Part shown: positions 40,122 through 50,273 of the stretch, one piece after another
How the letters are laid out: every line of letters begins with the position of its first letter
How positions within the stretch are numbered: the first letter of the stretch is position 1
From: Candidatus Hodarchaeota archaeon
GTDB lineage: Archaea; Asgardarchaeota; Lokiarchaeia; Sigyniarchaeales; SOKP01
Length of the DNA: 64,000 bases
Reading direction: 5' to 3'
Assembly: GCA_048886685.1 (NCBI GenBank)
Contig: JBHLKM010000002.1
Span: forward strand, 71,532-135,531
Notes under the pieces: generated by a model
What the model saw: the letters and a program-made list of their open reading frames with translations, nothing else
Databases searched by the model: none
Told to the model about the DNA's origin: nothing
Program-made: the position numbers and the translations under genes

Positions 40122-42491
40122 TTATTTCTTTTCAAAAACTTTAGCCATTGCCTCCAAATTTTTTCTTAATTTAGGGCTATCTGGTATTTTTTCTAATTGT
40201 TCAGTATATATTGGGTAATATATATGCAAAATACTTAATATTTCAATCCAAGATTTCTGAGTTTCTGTTTTATCAGGAATTTCCTTTTTTAATTGGAATA
40301 AAACTCTCTTCTCTTTTTTTGCTTTTAGATTTTTGAGAAAAGTTTTAGTAACTATAATTCGAAATTTAGAGTACTCCTCAGGTCTGAAATTCACCAAAGA
40401 ATAATTCATATTATCATCCGCGAAAGGTAAAATTCTAATCCTTTTATCCTCAGGCTCATTTGGATTCTCAACTAAAGAGATTTCAATATTACTCTTGTTT
40501 AGATCTTCCAATATGGGATATAATTCTCCAGGTGTTATTCTTGTAGCTAATTCAATTTCATTAGAAATCTCAGATATTGGTATGTAAAATTCAGGCATTT
40601 TTTTTGGATTTTCTAACCTATAATTATATTCTTTTTTAATTATTTGGATTATCACAGATTTCAAATTCTCTGTAAACTGCTCAGAAGTGAAAGAAATATC
40701 TGCCTTTTTTAGTTTTTCGTCATGTAATTCTTTATCTTTTTGTTTCTTACTAAAATCAGAAGTAAGAGATGATATAAAACTATTTGTGGTGTTCCCTGCT
40801 TCAGCATCTACAGTTAACCTGCTAGTCTTTCTATCTTTCTCTAAAGCCATTTCTAAGATTCTCTCGCTTAGATATCTTCTTGCCTTTTGCTTGGCGACTC
40901 CTTTCTTCTCAAAACGTTCAGTAACGGATACAAAATCAATCATTTTTATCGGTTTTCCTAAATCCTGTTTTTCTTCTTTAATTAAAATATCCATATCCTT
41001 TTTTACCAATTGTTCAAGTAGTGCATAAACATTTCCCTTCGATAATTGCGTAGCTTTAATTAGCTCTCGCTCAATTATTTCGATCGGGTAAGCGTCACCT
41101 CTCCTAATATATTCACCTCTAATAATTTTATAAATTCTTTCCATACTCTCCTCTTCTGCGCTTACGGTCTCTTTTTGTAATCTCATGAACATAGATGTTT
41201 CGTGAGGTTTTAAATAATAAATTAAGATAGTGCTACCCAAGAAAAAAATCATTAGAACTGAGATTATGTATTTATCAGCCATTAATACGATTCCAATATC
41301 GGTAACTATTTGGTTAGTTATTTGACTTGCTATGGCAAAACGAGTTAATGTTTGAGCAAATACACAGGCTAGACAAAGCAAAATTAGGCCGTCTTTTTTA
41401 AAGAAAAGAATTCGCCACCCAATTGTCTGCCCAGTTTTTCTTATAATTCGAAATAAAAAATACATAGAAATTATAAATTCAAATATGTATATGTATGACG
41501 CTGGTGAACCCGTTGCCCCGATTGTTGCCTTAAAAGCTGTAACTGTATCATCTTGAAGAAGCATATATATACTAATTTGCAAAATCTGAAAGAAAAAGAT
41601 AAACAAAACAATTAAAGAAAAGGTAAAGTTGTCAAATGTACCTGCTCTTTTAGTTTCTGCTCGTCTTCTAGTAAGCACAAATTCAAAAATAATAAAGACT
41701 AATGTCATAACTAAGCTGAAATAAATCAGTGGCATGATTACACGCATTTCTAAATTATAAACCTTAACCGCACTAGTGGGATCAACATCTCCAAAAAATT
41801 CTAAAGATAACCACACCAAAAAACTCCTATAAAATAAGGAAATTATAACAAGTATGCCTAAAATAAAAAATGGAATAATTATCGCAAAGAAATATCTTGG
41901 AATTGAATATTTTTTAATAAATCTTGCTTCTATTTTTGTTGAAAATTTCCTTGAATAAATATAAAAGCGACTACTTAAGAGAACTAACCAAATCATTGCT
42001 AGAGTTAATAAATATGTCATAAAATTAAAATCTGTTGAAATATATAATAATAGCAGATACAATACAGCAAATAGAACGCAATATAATATCAGTTGCTTAA
42101 TTACAGTTTTTTCTTCAAAAATAAATATTCTTATTTTATCTACGCTAAACAAAAAAGACAATACTAAAAATAATGCGACAATAGTATTTGAAAAAACAAA
42201 GGGATTACCTAACATCAATAAATTAATCCAAGTACTTTCTGGAATGTTAATAGCAGTAATCAATAGCAGTGAATATATAGCAAATATTCCATATAATCCA
42301 TAAAATCTTCGCTGGAAAGAATATGACTTTGGTTCTTGACCATCTACATAGACTTCTTGATGGACTATTTTATCATGATAAAAAGCTGATAACGTATTTT
42401 TTGTTTTTGATGTGAAGCCCTTAACTTTTTTTTTAACCCCAATTTTTCCAGGTTTTGACTTTTTTGAAGAATCCGATTGCTTATTAGACAT
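40122..42491 (-). CDS. Polytopic membrane protein (about 10 TM) with large cytoplasmic C-terminus containing two probable winged-helix repeats
   Basis: Hydrophobic N-terminal half; repeats IYKIIRGEY...PIEIIERELIKATQLSKGNVYALLEQL and IIQIIKKEY...PISEISNEIELATRITPGELYPILEDL. Confidence 0.7.
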   Translation of the reverse strand: MSNKQSDSSKKSKPGKIGVKKKVKGFTSKTKNTLSAFYHDKIVHQEVYVDGQEPKSYSFQRRFYGLYGIFAIYSLLLITAINIPESTWINLLMLGNPFVFSNTIVALFLVLSFLFSVDKIRIFIFEEKTVIKQLILYCVLFAVLYLLLLYISTDFNFMTYLLTLAMIWLVLLSSRFYIYSRKFSTKIEARFIKKYSIPRYFFAIIIPFFILGILVIISLFYRSFLVWLSLEFFGDVDPTSAVKVYNLEMRVIMPLIYFSLVMTLVFIIFEFVLTRRRAETKRAGTFDNFTFSLIVLFIFFFQILQISIYMLLQDDTVTAFKATIGATGSPASYIYIFEFIISMYFLFRIIRKTGQTIGWRILFFKKDGLILLCLACVFAQTLTRFAIASQITNQIVTDIGIVLMADKYIISVLMIFFLGSTILIYYLKPHETSMFMRLQKETVSAEEESMERIYKIIRGEYIRRGDAYPIEIIERELIKATQLSKGNVYALLEQLVKKDMDILIKEEKQDLGKPIKMIDFVSVTERFEKKGVAKQKARRYLSERILEMALEKDRKTSRLTVDAEAGNTTNSFISSLTSDFSKKQKDKELHDEKLKKADISFTSEQFTENLKSVIIQIIKKEYNYRLENPKKMPEFYIPISEISNEIELATRITPGELYPILEDLNKSNIEISLVENPNEPEDKRIRILPFADDNMNYSLVNFRPEEYSKFRIIVTKTFLKNLKAKKEKRVLFQLKKEIPDKTETQKSWIEILSILHIYYPIYTEQLEKIPDSPKLRKNLEAMAKVFEKK

Positions 42492-42667
42492 TATATGTAT
42501 TAATTTTTTAAATTAATTTAAACCTAATTATATATTAAAAATAGAATTCAGAACTCTGCAATTAAAAGGGATATCCATATTAAGTCAATTGATTAATTTC
42601 AGATGAAAGTTTTAAAAACACTCTAATATAACATATAAATATATTATATCGATTTTTTTTTTTAAGA

Positions 42668-42946
42668 ATGATAAAGACTAAAGCAGAAAATAGAGAAAGC
42701 CTGATAAGTCTAGTAAAAAAGGCAATTGAGTTACTTTGCGAGAAAAACATTTCAAGTGTTGTAATTTTATCTTCTTATAAGATCAATTCTGTTCTCCGTG
42801 AAAACTATGGAGTAGATATCAAAGTTGATAGAATAGGCAGAATTTTAAGTCGGGTTGCTAAATTAAATCAATTAAAAAGATTAAATACAAATATTCCGAA
42901 ATATAAATTACAAATTTCAAAGGTATCTAGTCTACAATTCTTTTAA
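42668..42946 (+). CDS. Small basic probable winged-helix protein
   Basis: 92 aa; SSYKINSVLRENYGVDIKVDRIGRILSRVAK...KYKL pattern. Confidence 0.6.
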   Translation: MIKTKAENRESLISLVKKAIELLCEKNISSVVILSSYKINSVLRENYGVDIKVDRIGRILSRVAKLNQLKRLNTNIPKYKLQISKVSSLQFF

Positions 42947-42954
42947 AAACAAAC

Positions 42955-44304
42955 TTATGTTATATTGCGGAAATCAGTAATTGTTTTTTGGAGTTTTTCA
43001 AGCAAAATTTTTATTTCTGAATAACTTTCTTTGATTGGTTTTAATTCCACTTCTATTTCTTCAAACCTATCATCAATTTGTGTTTTAACTGGGGTTGTGA
43101 CTTTCTCTATATGTTCAGTTATGTCTTTTGTAATATTTTTTATATCCGCTTCCGTATCTGAAGCTAGGTTGTTTAAATCTGTAATCACAGTTGTCATTTG
43201 GGAGTTTGAATCTGAGGTTTTTTCCAAATTATTTGCCAAATTTTGGATTTTTTCCTCTAATGGGGAAATTACATTTTTAATTTGTTCAGCAATTTGGTTT
43301 TTTGCTTCTTTGATTGTTGCATTTAGAATTATTGAAATTTCATTTTTTAATTCCTTTTGACCCTCAACACGTCTATCAATATATTCAGTTACATTCTTCT
43401 TAAAAAGTCTTGAAATTTCTTCAAAAGTACTATTAAAAAATTTCTGTACATCTCTTAAACCATCCGAAACAGCATTTTTTAATTGGTTTAGGGATCTACT
43501 AATGTGTTCCATACCTTTTAGAGTTCCTTGAGACACTTCATTAACCCAATCATTAAATTGTGTTTCATAAGTCATTCCAATCGCTTCATTTAATTTAGTC
43601 AATCCATTGGTAAAACCAGATATTACCTTATCTACCTGTCCTGAATAATCTTTAATACTTTCTTCTATTAAATCGTCAGCTGAAAGAGGGATTTCTTGAA
43701 GTTCTCCTAAAGATTGTTCCTTTAATTCTTTGATTATAACTGGAGATAAACTTTGAGAGTCCTCTACAAATTTTTGTACCCATTTAAAGAAATTCAGGTT
43801 TGCAGGTATCTCAACTTCATAAGAGACTTCCAGGTAATCTTTTGATTTTTTATATTCTTTTAATGTATAAATTTTAAAGTCAAACTCTTTCTCTTTACCC
43901 ATGAGTGTGTGATCAAAGATAACTACAAAACAATAAGGATTTTTCTCCGTTTGGAAAAATTTATGATTTTGAATTGTAATATCAGTAAAATCAAGACCCC
44001 AGCCAGGTCGAGAAATATACCATCCTACTATCTTCATATCCTTTTCTTGGTATTCCTTATCTAATCTAACAAATAAATCAATATCTTCTTTATTAAAACC
44101 AGTTGATACATGAATTCCATGTTGAATGGGAATAATATTAATTAAATTGATCACCTTACTCGCTTCATCAATCTCACCAATACAAATGCCCATTACCTCA
44201 ACGCTTTCATCTAATGCCTCATTTCCAAATCTTAACACATGAGTTATCATTCTAATCAGTGCATCAGCTTTAATTTTGACTTCAAAATTATCTATCGATG
44301 GCAA
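42955..44304 (-). CDS. Catalytically inactive MPN- (JAB1/Mov34) domain protein with long helical/coiled-coil tail
   Basis: ALIRMITHVLRFG, EVMGICIG, JAMM motif degenerated to GWYISRPGWGLDFTDIT, VIFD. Confidence 0.85.
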   Translation of the reverse strand: MPSIDNFEVKIKADALIRMITHVLRFGNEALDESVEVMGICIGEIDEASKVINLINIIPIQHGIHVSTGFNKEDIDLFVRLDKEYQEKDMKIVGWYISRPGWGLDFTDITIQNHKFFQTEKNPYCFVVIFDHTLMGKEKEFDFKIYTLKEYKKSKDYLEVSYEVEIPANLNFFKWVQKFVEDSQSLSPVIIKELKEQSLGELQEIPLSADDLIEESIKDYSGQVDKVISGFTNGLTKLNEAIGMTYETQFNDWVNEVSQGTLKGMEHISRSLNQLKNAVSDGLRDVQKFFNSTFEEISRLFKKNVTEYIDRRVEGQKELKNEISIILNATIKEAKNQIAEQIKNVISPLEEKIQNLANNLEKTSDSNSQMTTVITDLNNLASDTEADIKNITKDITEHIEKVTTPVKTQIDDRFEEIEVELKPIKESYSEIKILLEKLQKTITDFRNIT

Positions 44305-44310
44305 TTTTCT

Positions 44311-45801
44311 CTACTCATCTCCCTTTTCTATTTTTTTAATTTTCTCTAGTAATCCTTGATTTTCAGCCCTGAGATCCTTTACAGTCTTTTGTAAATCCTT
44401 ATTTTCAGTTTGTAGAGTGTTTATTTTATTTTTGATTGGATTCTTAGAACTATCTAACAATATTATTGCTGCTTTTAAATCAGATAAATAATTTTTAGTT
44501 TCTTTATTTAGATTATTAAGATTACCCTTAATTCTACTTACTCTTTTATTAAATGATGTTAATAAATCCTCTTGTGCGGTATTTAAATCATTTTGGATTA
44601 AATTATCAACAGATTTATATGTTTCTATATAATCTTTTAAAGCATTGGTTCCTTTCTTTAGATTTTCAATATTATTTGAAAAATTTTTATTAAACTCTGT
44701 TAAAGTATTAGATGTTCTTGTATTTTCCTCCAAAAGCTGATTAAATTTTGCATCCTTAAAGGGGATATTAATTTGGTTTTTATAATCTTCTTTCGAATTG
44801 TTAACCAATTCTTTGATATTCTCCTTTTCATTATCTAATTCTTCAAGTTTATCATCAACATAGAAATCTATATCTCTTAAATCGTTCTGTAAATTATAAT
44901 TAAAAGATTGCTGCAAATTAATAATTTCTTTACTCAATTTATCTCTTATTTCTTTTAAATCATTCCTCATCCCTGAATTATTTTGGCGAATCTTGTTGAC
45001 TATATCTTGCCCCCAAGTATTAAGTAAAGAAGCCATTGGTCTAATGGTTAATTCTAGAAAATTATCCATCCCTTGTTTTAAAGTTGAAATTATTTCCTCA
45101 AAATTAAATTCAGGTAATTTCGATTCTATTTGTTCTTTTTCAGGAATAAAAACATCCTTAAATAAATCAATTGTTTCATTTAGTTCAAGAATTTGAGGGC
45201 TTCTTGTATGAACAGCATTTATTAATTCTATTATCTTTAAAAAAAAATCATAATTATCAGGTGGTTCGATAGTAGCTTTTACTTCATGGTAATCTGATTT
45301 TAAAGCTAATGAAGGATCATCTAATCTTGTTTCACTCAATCTAAATGCCCTAAATCCTAGATCGTTAGGCTTATCTAAGTAAGTATGGTCAAATACAAGT
45401 CCTACACCACTAGGATTTTTTTGCCAAAATATTTGATTATATTTGTCAGTCTCACTAAAGAAAATACCTAAACCTGGGTGAGAATGGTACCATCCCACTG
45501 AAAACCACCCTAGATCGCCATATTGCTCCCATATTTTTGTATCTAATTCCCCAAATGCCCCTAATTGATCCACTGAGAATTTTACTTCAATTGTACCTCC
45601 ATGAGAAACCGGTACTACATCTTCAACTATAACATTTTTAATTTCATCCTCTCCTTCAAGATGACCAATCAGAACCCCCATAACTTCTGATAATTTTAAA
45701 TGTTCTATATTTTTTGATCCAAAACGCAAAACATGTAGTAACATTTTATAATACGCAAGGGGTTTAATCGTTACTATACTTTGATCGCTGCTTTTCCCCA
45801 T
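44311..45801 (-). CDS. Active JAMM/MPN+ metalloprotease (Rpn11/CSN5-like) with long coiled-coil tail (likely start ATG 45801)
   Basis: LAYYKMLLHVLRFG, EVMGVLIG, GWYHSHPGLGIFFSETD, LVFD, FRAFRL. Confidence 0.9.
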   Translation of the reverse strand: MGKSSDQSIVTIKPLAYYKMLLHVLRFGSKNIEHLKLSEVMGVLIGHLEGEDEIKNVIVEDVVPVSHGGTIEVKFSVDQLGAFGELDTKIWEQYGDLGWFSVGWYHSHPGLGIFFSETDKYNQIFWQKNPSGVGLVFDHTYLDKPNDLGFRAFRLSETRLDDPSLALKSDYHEVKATIEPPDNYDFFLKIIELINAVHTRSPQILELNETIDLFKDVFIPEKEQIESKLPEFNFEEIISTLKQGMDNFLELTIRPMASLLNTWGQDIVNKIRQNNSGMRNDLKEIRDKLSKEIINLQQSFNYNLQNDLRDIDFYVDDKLEELDNEKENIKELVNNSKEDYKNQINIPFKDAKFNQLLEENTRTSNTLTEFNKNFSNNIENLKKGTNALKDYIETYKSVDNLIQNDLNTAQEDLLTSFNKRVSRIKGNLNNLNKETKNYLSDLKAAIILLDSSKNPIKNKINTLQTENKDLQKTVKDLRAENQGLLEKIKKIEKGDE

Positions 45802-45942
45802 TTTTAATTCACTTGTTTTTTCAAATTTATGATATATATATAGTTTGTATGGTTTTAAATATTTGAACAAATAGTATTTAATTTAAAAAGGTCGATATTT
45901 ATAAATTACAATTATAATCTAATTTGATAAATAAGCTAGGAT

Positions 45943-46602
45943 TTAGTCATGGGGTAATGGTTTACCGCAATAAGGACAAAATTTCCAATCTAAATCCTTG
46001 CCACAGTGTGGGCAAAAACTCGAAGATGTTGAACTTGTTGGCGTTATTTCTGCAGCTCCTTCTTTTGGTATGGATGGTAATTGTCTTGTTGTCTTCAAGG
46101 TTGTAGTTGTTGAAGCTGTAGGTTGTTCTTCAGCCTTTCTAGCCGCTACTTTTTCTCTAAAAGCTTGTCTTCTCTCTTCATCGAGTTCTTGTTGGCTTTT
46201 TGTAGTTTCTGTTTTAACCCATCCTTGACTTTGTGTTCTTTTTAATTCACTTGCAGGTACTTTTTCTAACTCAACTCCCTTAGTTTCCGATATAGGGGCT
46301 ACAACTTTCCTTTCCTCTTTCTTTTGAATTGCTTGTTTAACCAAAGCCTGCGTAGTTTTCATCACCTGATGAGGGTTAATATTAGGAATTGCCACTGTAC
46401 GTAAAACCCACCCAACGATCAAATTTTGGTTTGGAAACCCTCCTTCGGTGTCCTCATCTTTATAGACATATGACTCAATTATATCCCTTCCTTTTAATAA
46501 TCGTGAAGCCCATTTGCCATTAATTAATCCTAACTGTATTCTATAGCTGGTTCCTGGTATACCTAATTGACTTGATAGTGGTTCAAATCCTCTTTCTGTC
46601 AA
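45943..46602 (-). CDS. Protein with globular N-domain, low-complexity linker and C-terminal zinc ribbon
   Basis: Ends FCPHCGKDLDWKFCPYCGKPLP; T/E/K-rich linker. Confidence 0.75.
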   Translation of the reverse strand: MTERGFEPLSSQLGIPGTSYRIQLGLINGKWASRLLKGRDIIESYVYKDEDTEGGFPNQNLIVGWVLRTVAIPNINPHQVMKTTQALVKQAIQKKEERKVVAPISETKGVELEKVPASELKRTQSQGWVKTETTKSQQELDEERRQAFREKVAARKAEEQPTASTTTTLKTTRQLPSIPKEGAAEITPTSSTSSSFCPHCGKDLDWKFCPYCGKPLPHD

Positions 46603-46865
46603 TTTTAATCACTTTTTAATTTTTTAAATAATAATTTTTTGAATCAAGTAACATTATAATGGTAAATTTTGAATTTAAATTATTATTTATTTCATTGTAA
46701 AATTTATTATTATTATTAAAAATTTTATGGAATAGGCTAATATATAGGACATTAAATCTCTCATTTATCTTTATGCGATGAAAAAGACATAAATACAAAA
46801 AGTTGTATTAATTTGTAAAAAGCTATTTTAAATTTAATTTTAAAAAAAAGAATTGTGGTCAAAAA

Positions 46866-47822
46866 ATGACTGTAATAATACCCAAAAAAGTCTATCTAAC
46901 TATCGTAGCCGCGGCTGTAAGATTTGCAAATGCACGAATACCAAAAGATGAATGGCTTGAAGTTAGTGGTATTTTCACTGGTAGAAATGAAGGGAATAAT
47001 GTTATTATATCTGCCGCTTATCCTATCATGCATCAAAAACTAGATAAAGATGCTGTGATTGATCAGTACAAATGGTCTGATGAAGATTATGAATCCCTTT
47101 ATATTATTGATGATGAAGCCTTTTCAAGAGATCCTCCGGAATTTGTGGTTGGCTGGTGGCACTCGCATCCTGGATTTAAGGTTATGATGTCCCATATCGA
47201 TATTCGTACGACACTATCTTATCAACAAAATAACCCTTTAGCGATTTCTCTTGTATTCAACCCTCAACGGTTAATACGTCAAATCGAAGTTGCTGATAAA
47301 AAGGGAGATCCAGATATACAATTAAAAAATGATCCTGGTTTTAAAATCTTCAGATTAGATGATGTAAATAGTGGAATCGAAGCATCTTACCATTCTGCCG
47401 ATTATAAAATTGAAGGGTATGAAAGTATGGAACAATTAATAAATTTGACGCAAAAATTTATTGTAGACGTAACTAATTTATTCCCAAAAGAGAAAGTACC
47501 ACAGACTTATGATAAAGTAATTGATGAGAGAATAGAACAGTTAAATTCCTTGCTACTCGGTACTGAAGAATATCTAACAACTTTAACTCGGCACGGGGAA
47601 ACTCAGCGTATCCCTGAAGTCTTAGAAAATCAGAATGAAGAGATCAATAGATTTGTGGAAGAAACGAATAAAAGAATAGACTTTATTAAACAATTCAAGG
47701 AATACTTAGAATTCAAGGAAAGAGAAACTATAATACCTCAAATAGAAAAGTCAGTATCTAAATGGGATGGAGCTGTGGCTGGTTTGAGTAAAAAATTGAA
47801 AGAAATCTCCAAAAAGTTTTAG
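46866..47822 (+). CDS. Second active JAMM/MPN+ metalloprotease with helical C-terminal domain
   Basis: EVSGIFTG, VVGWWHSHPGFKVMMSHID, YQQNNP, LVFNP, FKIFRL. Confidence 0.88.
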   Translation: MTVIIPKKVYLTIVAAAVRFANARIPKDEWLEVSGIFTGRNEGNNVIISAAYPIMHQKLDKDAVIDQYKWSDEDYESLYIIDDEAFSRDPPEFVVGWWHSHPGFKVMMSHIDIRTTLSYQQNNPLAISLVFNPQRLIRQIEVADKKGDPDIQLKNDPGFKIFRLDDVNSGIEASYHSADYKIEGYESMEQLINLTQKFIVDVTNLFPKEKVPQTYDKVIDERIEQLNSLLLGTEEYLTTLTRHGETQRIPEVLENQNEEINRFVEETNKRIDFIKQFKEYLEFKERETIIPQIEKSVSKWDGAVAGLSKKLKEISKKF

Positions 47823-47959
47823 TATTTTAACGCTAAAAAAATATTTTTCATCTTATTTTTAATTTTGATATATTTTTATGTGATTAAGCGTTATTTTGAT
47901 TAAGAAAACTACAAGTTAAAATAGTTAAATCTTAGGAATTAAAGGTAAAGTACTCAATT

Positions 47960-50164
47960 ATGAAAAAAATTAATTTTCCGTTTACAGCAATACTTGGGCA
48001 AGATAAAATGAAGATGGGTTTGATACTTAATTTAATTGACCCACTAATCGGAGGGATCTTAATGACAGGTCATCAAGGTACAGGAAAAAGCACTGCTGTA
48101 CGAAGTCTCGTGGAATTAATGCCTCAAATCGAAGTTATAAAAGGTTGCGAATTTTCATGTGTCCCTTATTCAGATATTGATGATTTATGTGAAAGATGTA
48201 AAGAAAAAAAAGAGAATAAAAAAGTTGACACAGAATTTAGGGACATGTGGCTAGTAAATCTACCCTTGGGAGTTACAGAAGATATGGTTTGTGGCTCTTT
48301 ATCCATTGATAAAGTCCTTACAGAAGGAATAAGAGCCTTACACCCAGGATTATTAGCTAAAGCAAATAGAGGTATTTTATATGTAGATGAAATTAATCTA
48401 CTACAGGATCACATTGTAGATGTTCTTTTAGATTCTGCTGCTTCTGGTGTTAATATAATAGAAAGAGAGGGTATTTCTGTATCTCATCCCTCTAGATTCG
48501 TTCTCGTAGGAAGTATGAATCCTGAAGAAGGTGATTTGAGACCGCAAATTGCTGACAGACTTGGTTTAGAAGTTAGGATCAGAGCTCCTAGAGATAATGA
48601 ATTAAGAGCTGAAATCACAAGAAGAGTTATTGATTTTGATGATAATCCTAAGGAGTTCATTAAAAAATATGAAGATCAACAAGACAAATTAAGGCAAAAA
48701 ATCCTTAATGCTCGTAATATATTAAAAGAAGTTCAAATCCCTAATTCTGTTTATGAATTTGTATCTAAAATTGTTAGTGAATTAGAAATCTTCTCTCAAA
48801 GAGCTGATATTACCTTCATTAGATGTGCCAGAGCTCATGCTGCATTAAATGCAAGGAAAATTATAGTGGAAGAAGATCTAAATGTGGCAATGGATTTAGT
48901 ATTTGAACACAGAATTCAATCACTTCATTATGAAATGACACCCGAAGAGATAAAATCTAAGATTGCTGAAGTTTACGGGAAAATTAAAGAAGCTTATGAA
49001 GATACTAATGTACTTCAACCTAATAGAGAAACAGAAGGACCTTTAAAACATGATGATACTTCTCAAAAGGAGTTCAAACGTCAATCAGTCGATCCAGATA
49101 AAGTAGATATACCCGAGTCGAGAGAACAGAAACTTCCCCCTCCAAAATATCCTGATAATAAGAAGAGAAGCCCTAAACCTGCTGGAGGTTGGAAAGTTAA
49201 AAATATACCTTTTGATGAGGATTTCAGATTTTTTGAGGCTAAAAGTACATCCCTACCATTCATTTACCAAATGGAAAAAAAGATGACCTCAATACTTGAC
49301 AATATTAGAAAAGATCGGAAGATTTCAGATTATGGGGGCAGAGGAATAGGAAGGAGAATTAAAATATCTTCCTCTCAAAAGGGTAGATATGTATCATACA
49401 GAACACCAATAAGCGAAAGCCCAAAAAGTATTGCTTTAGATGCCACAATTAGAAATTACCTTAAAAATATAGTATATAATGAAACTGATATAGAATTTCC
49501 AATACATTTTAATAAATATGATTTAATGGATAAAATCTATGAATATCGTGCTCCTTTAGCTCTCTTTTTTGTACTTGATAGTTCAGCATCAATGTATTAT
49601 GTTATTAAACAGATGACAGATGTAATATTATCTTTACATCGAGAAGGCTTTAGAAAAAGAGATAAAATAGCTTTGTTAGTGTTTCGTGGAAAACAAGCAG
49701 TAGTCCTTCAGAAACCGACAGTAAATTTTAAAATGGCAGTAAATAAATTGAAAAAAATCGAGGGAAAATCCTATACTCCAATGGCAGCAGCACTTAAAAA
49801 AGTATCAGAACTAATAAAAGTTGAGAAATTGAAGGATAGAAATATAATCCCGATTGTTTTTATTTGTAGTGATTGTGGTGCGAATATCTCTGTTAAATAT
49901 CCTGATATGATTGCTCAAGTTGAGACTGATTATGTATTAATCACTCAGGAATTAAAAGAATTAACCAAGAAACTATCGAAACAGAAGATTCATATGGTAG
50001 TTCTAGAGCCAAAGAAATCTTATGCTACTCAAGCACTTGGAGTTCACACATATTCCGCCGAAAAAATAAAAAAGAACTTCAAAAAGTATGCCAGTGCCCA
50101 AATATACAAGTTCAATAAATATAATCCCAATTCTCTGATACTAGAATTGAAAAAAATTTTGTAG
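47960..50164 (+). CDS. Mg/Co-chelatase ChlI/ChlD-like AAA+ ATPase fused to a vWA domain
   Basis: FPFTAILGQ, GHQGTGKST, PGLLAKANRGILYVDEINLL, NPEEGDLRPQIADR, Pro-rich linker, FVLDSSASM, TPMA. Confidence 0.88.
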   Translation: MKKINFPFTAILGQDKMKMGLILNLIDPLIGGILMTGHQGTGKSTAVRSLVELMPQIEVIKGCEFSCVPYSDIDDLCERCKEKKENKKVDTEFRDMWLVNLPLGVTEDMVCGSLSIDKVLTEGIRALHPGLLAKANRGILYVDEINLLQDHIVDVLLDSAASGVNIIEREGISVSHPSRFVLVGSMNPEEGDLRPQIADRLGLEVRIRAPRDNELRAEITRRVIDFDDNPKEFIKKYEDQQDKLRQKILNARNILKEVQIPNSVYEFVSKIVSELEIFSQRADITFIRCARAHAALNARKIIVEEDLNVAMDLVFEHRIQSLHYEMTPEEIKSKIAEVYGKIKEAYEDTNVLQPNRETEGPLKHDDTSQKEFKRQSVDPDKVDIPESREQKLPPPKYPDNKKRSPKPAGGWKVKNIPFDEDFRFFEAKSTSLPFIYQMEKKMTSILDNIRKDRKISDYGGRGIGRRIKISSSQKGRYVSYRTPISESPKSIALDATIRNYLKNIVYNETDIEFPIHFNKYDLMDKIYEYRAPLALFFVLDSSASMYYVIKQMTDVILSLHREGFRKRDKIALLVFRGKQAVVLQKPTVNFKMAVNKLKKIEGKSYTPMAAALKKVSELIKVEKLKDRNIIPIVFICSDCGANISVKYPDMIAQVETDYVLITQELKELTKKLSKQKIHMVVLEPKKSYATQALGVHTYSAEKIKKNFKKYASAQIYKFNKYNPNSLILELKKIL

Positions 50165-50273
50165 ATAATGGTTTTAAAAATACAAAAAAAATATTAGTTA
50201 GAATTGTAATAATCAATTGAACTTTTAACTAGATCTTCTATAAAGTTCTTAAGTTTATAATTCTAATTGATAT

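Noticed and set aside
46616-46798. 60-aa minus-strand ORF
   Set aside because: AT-rich, low-complexity divergent promoter region
47960-50164. Chlorophyll synthesis or proteasomal ATPase role
   Set aside because: ChlI/D-like AAA-vWA genes are common in non-phototrophic archaea; no ChlH/CobN gene is nearby and the motifs are not PAN/Rpt type
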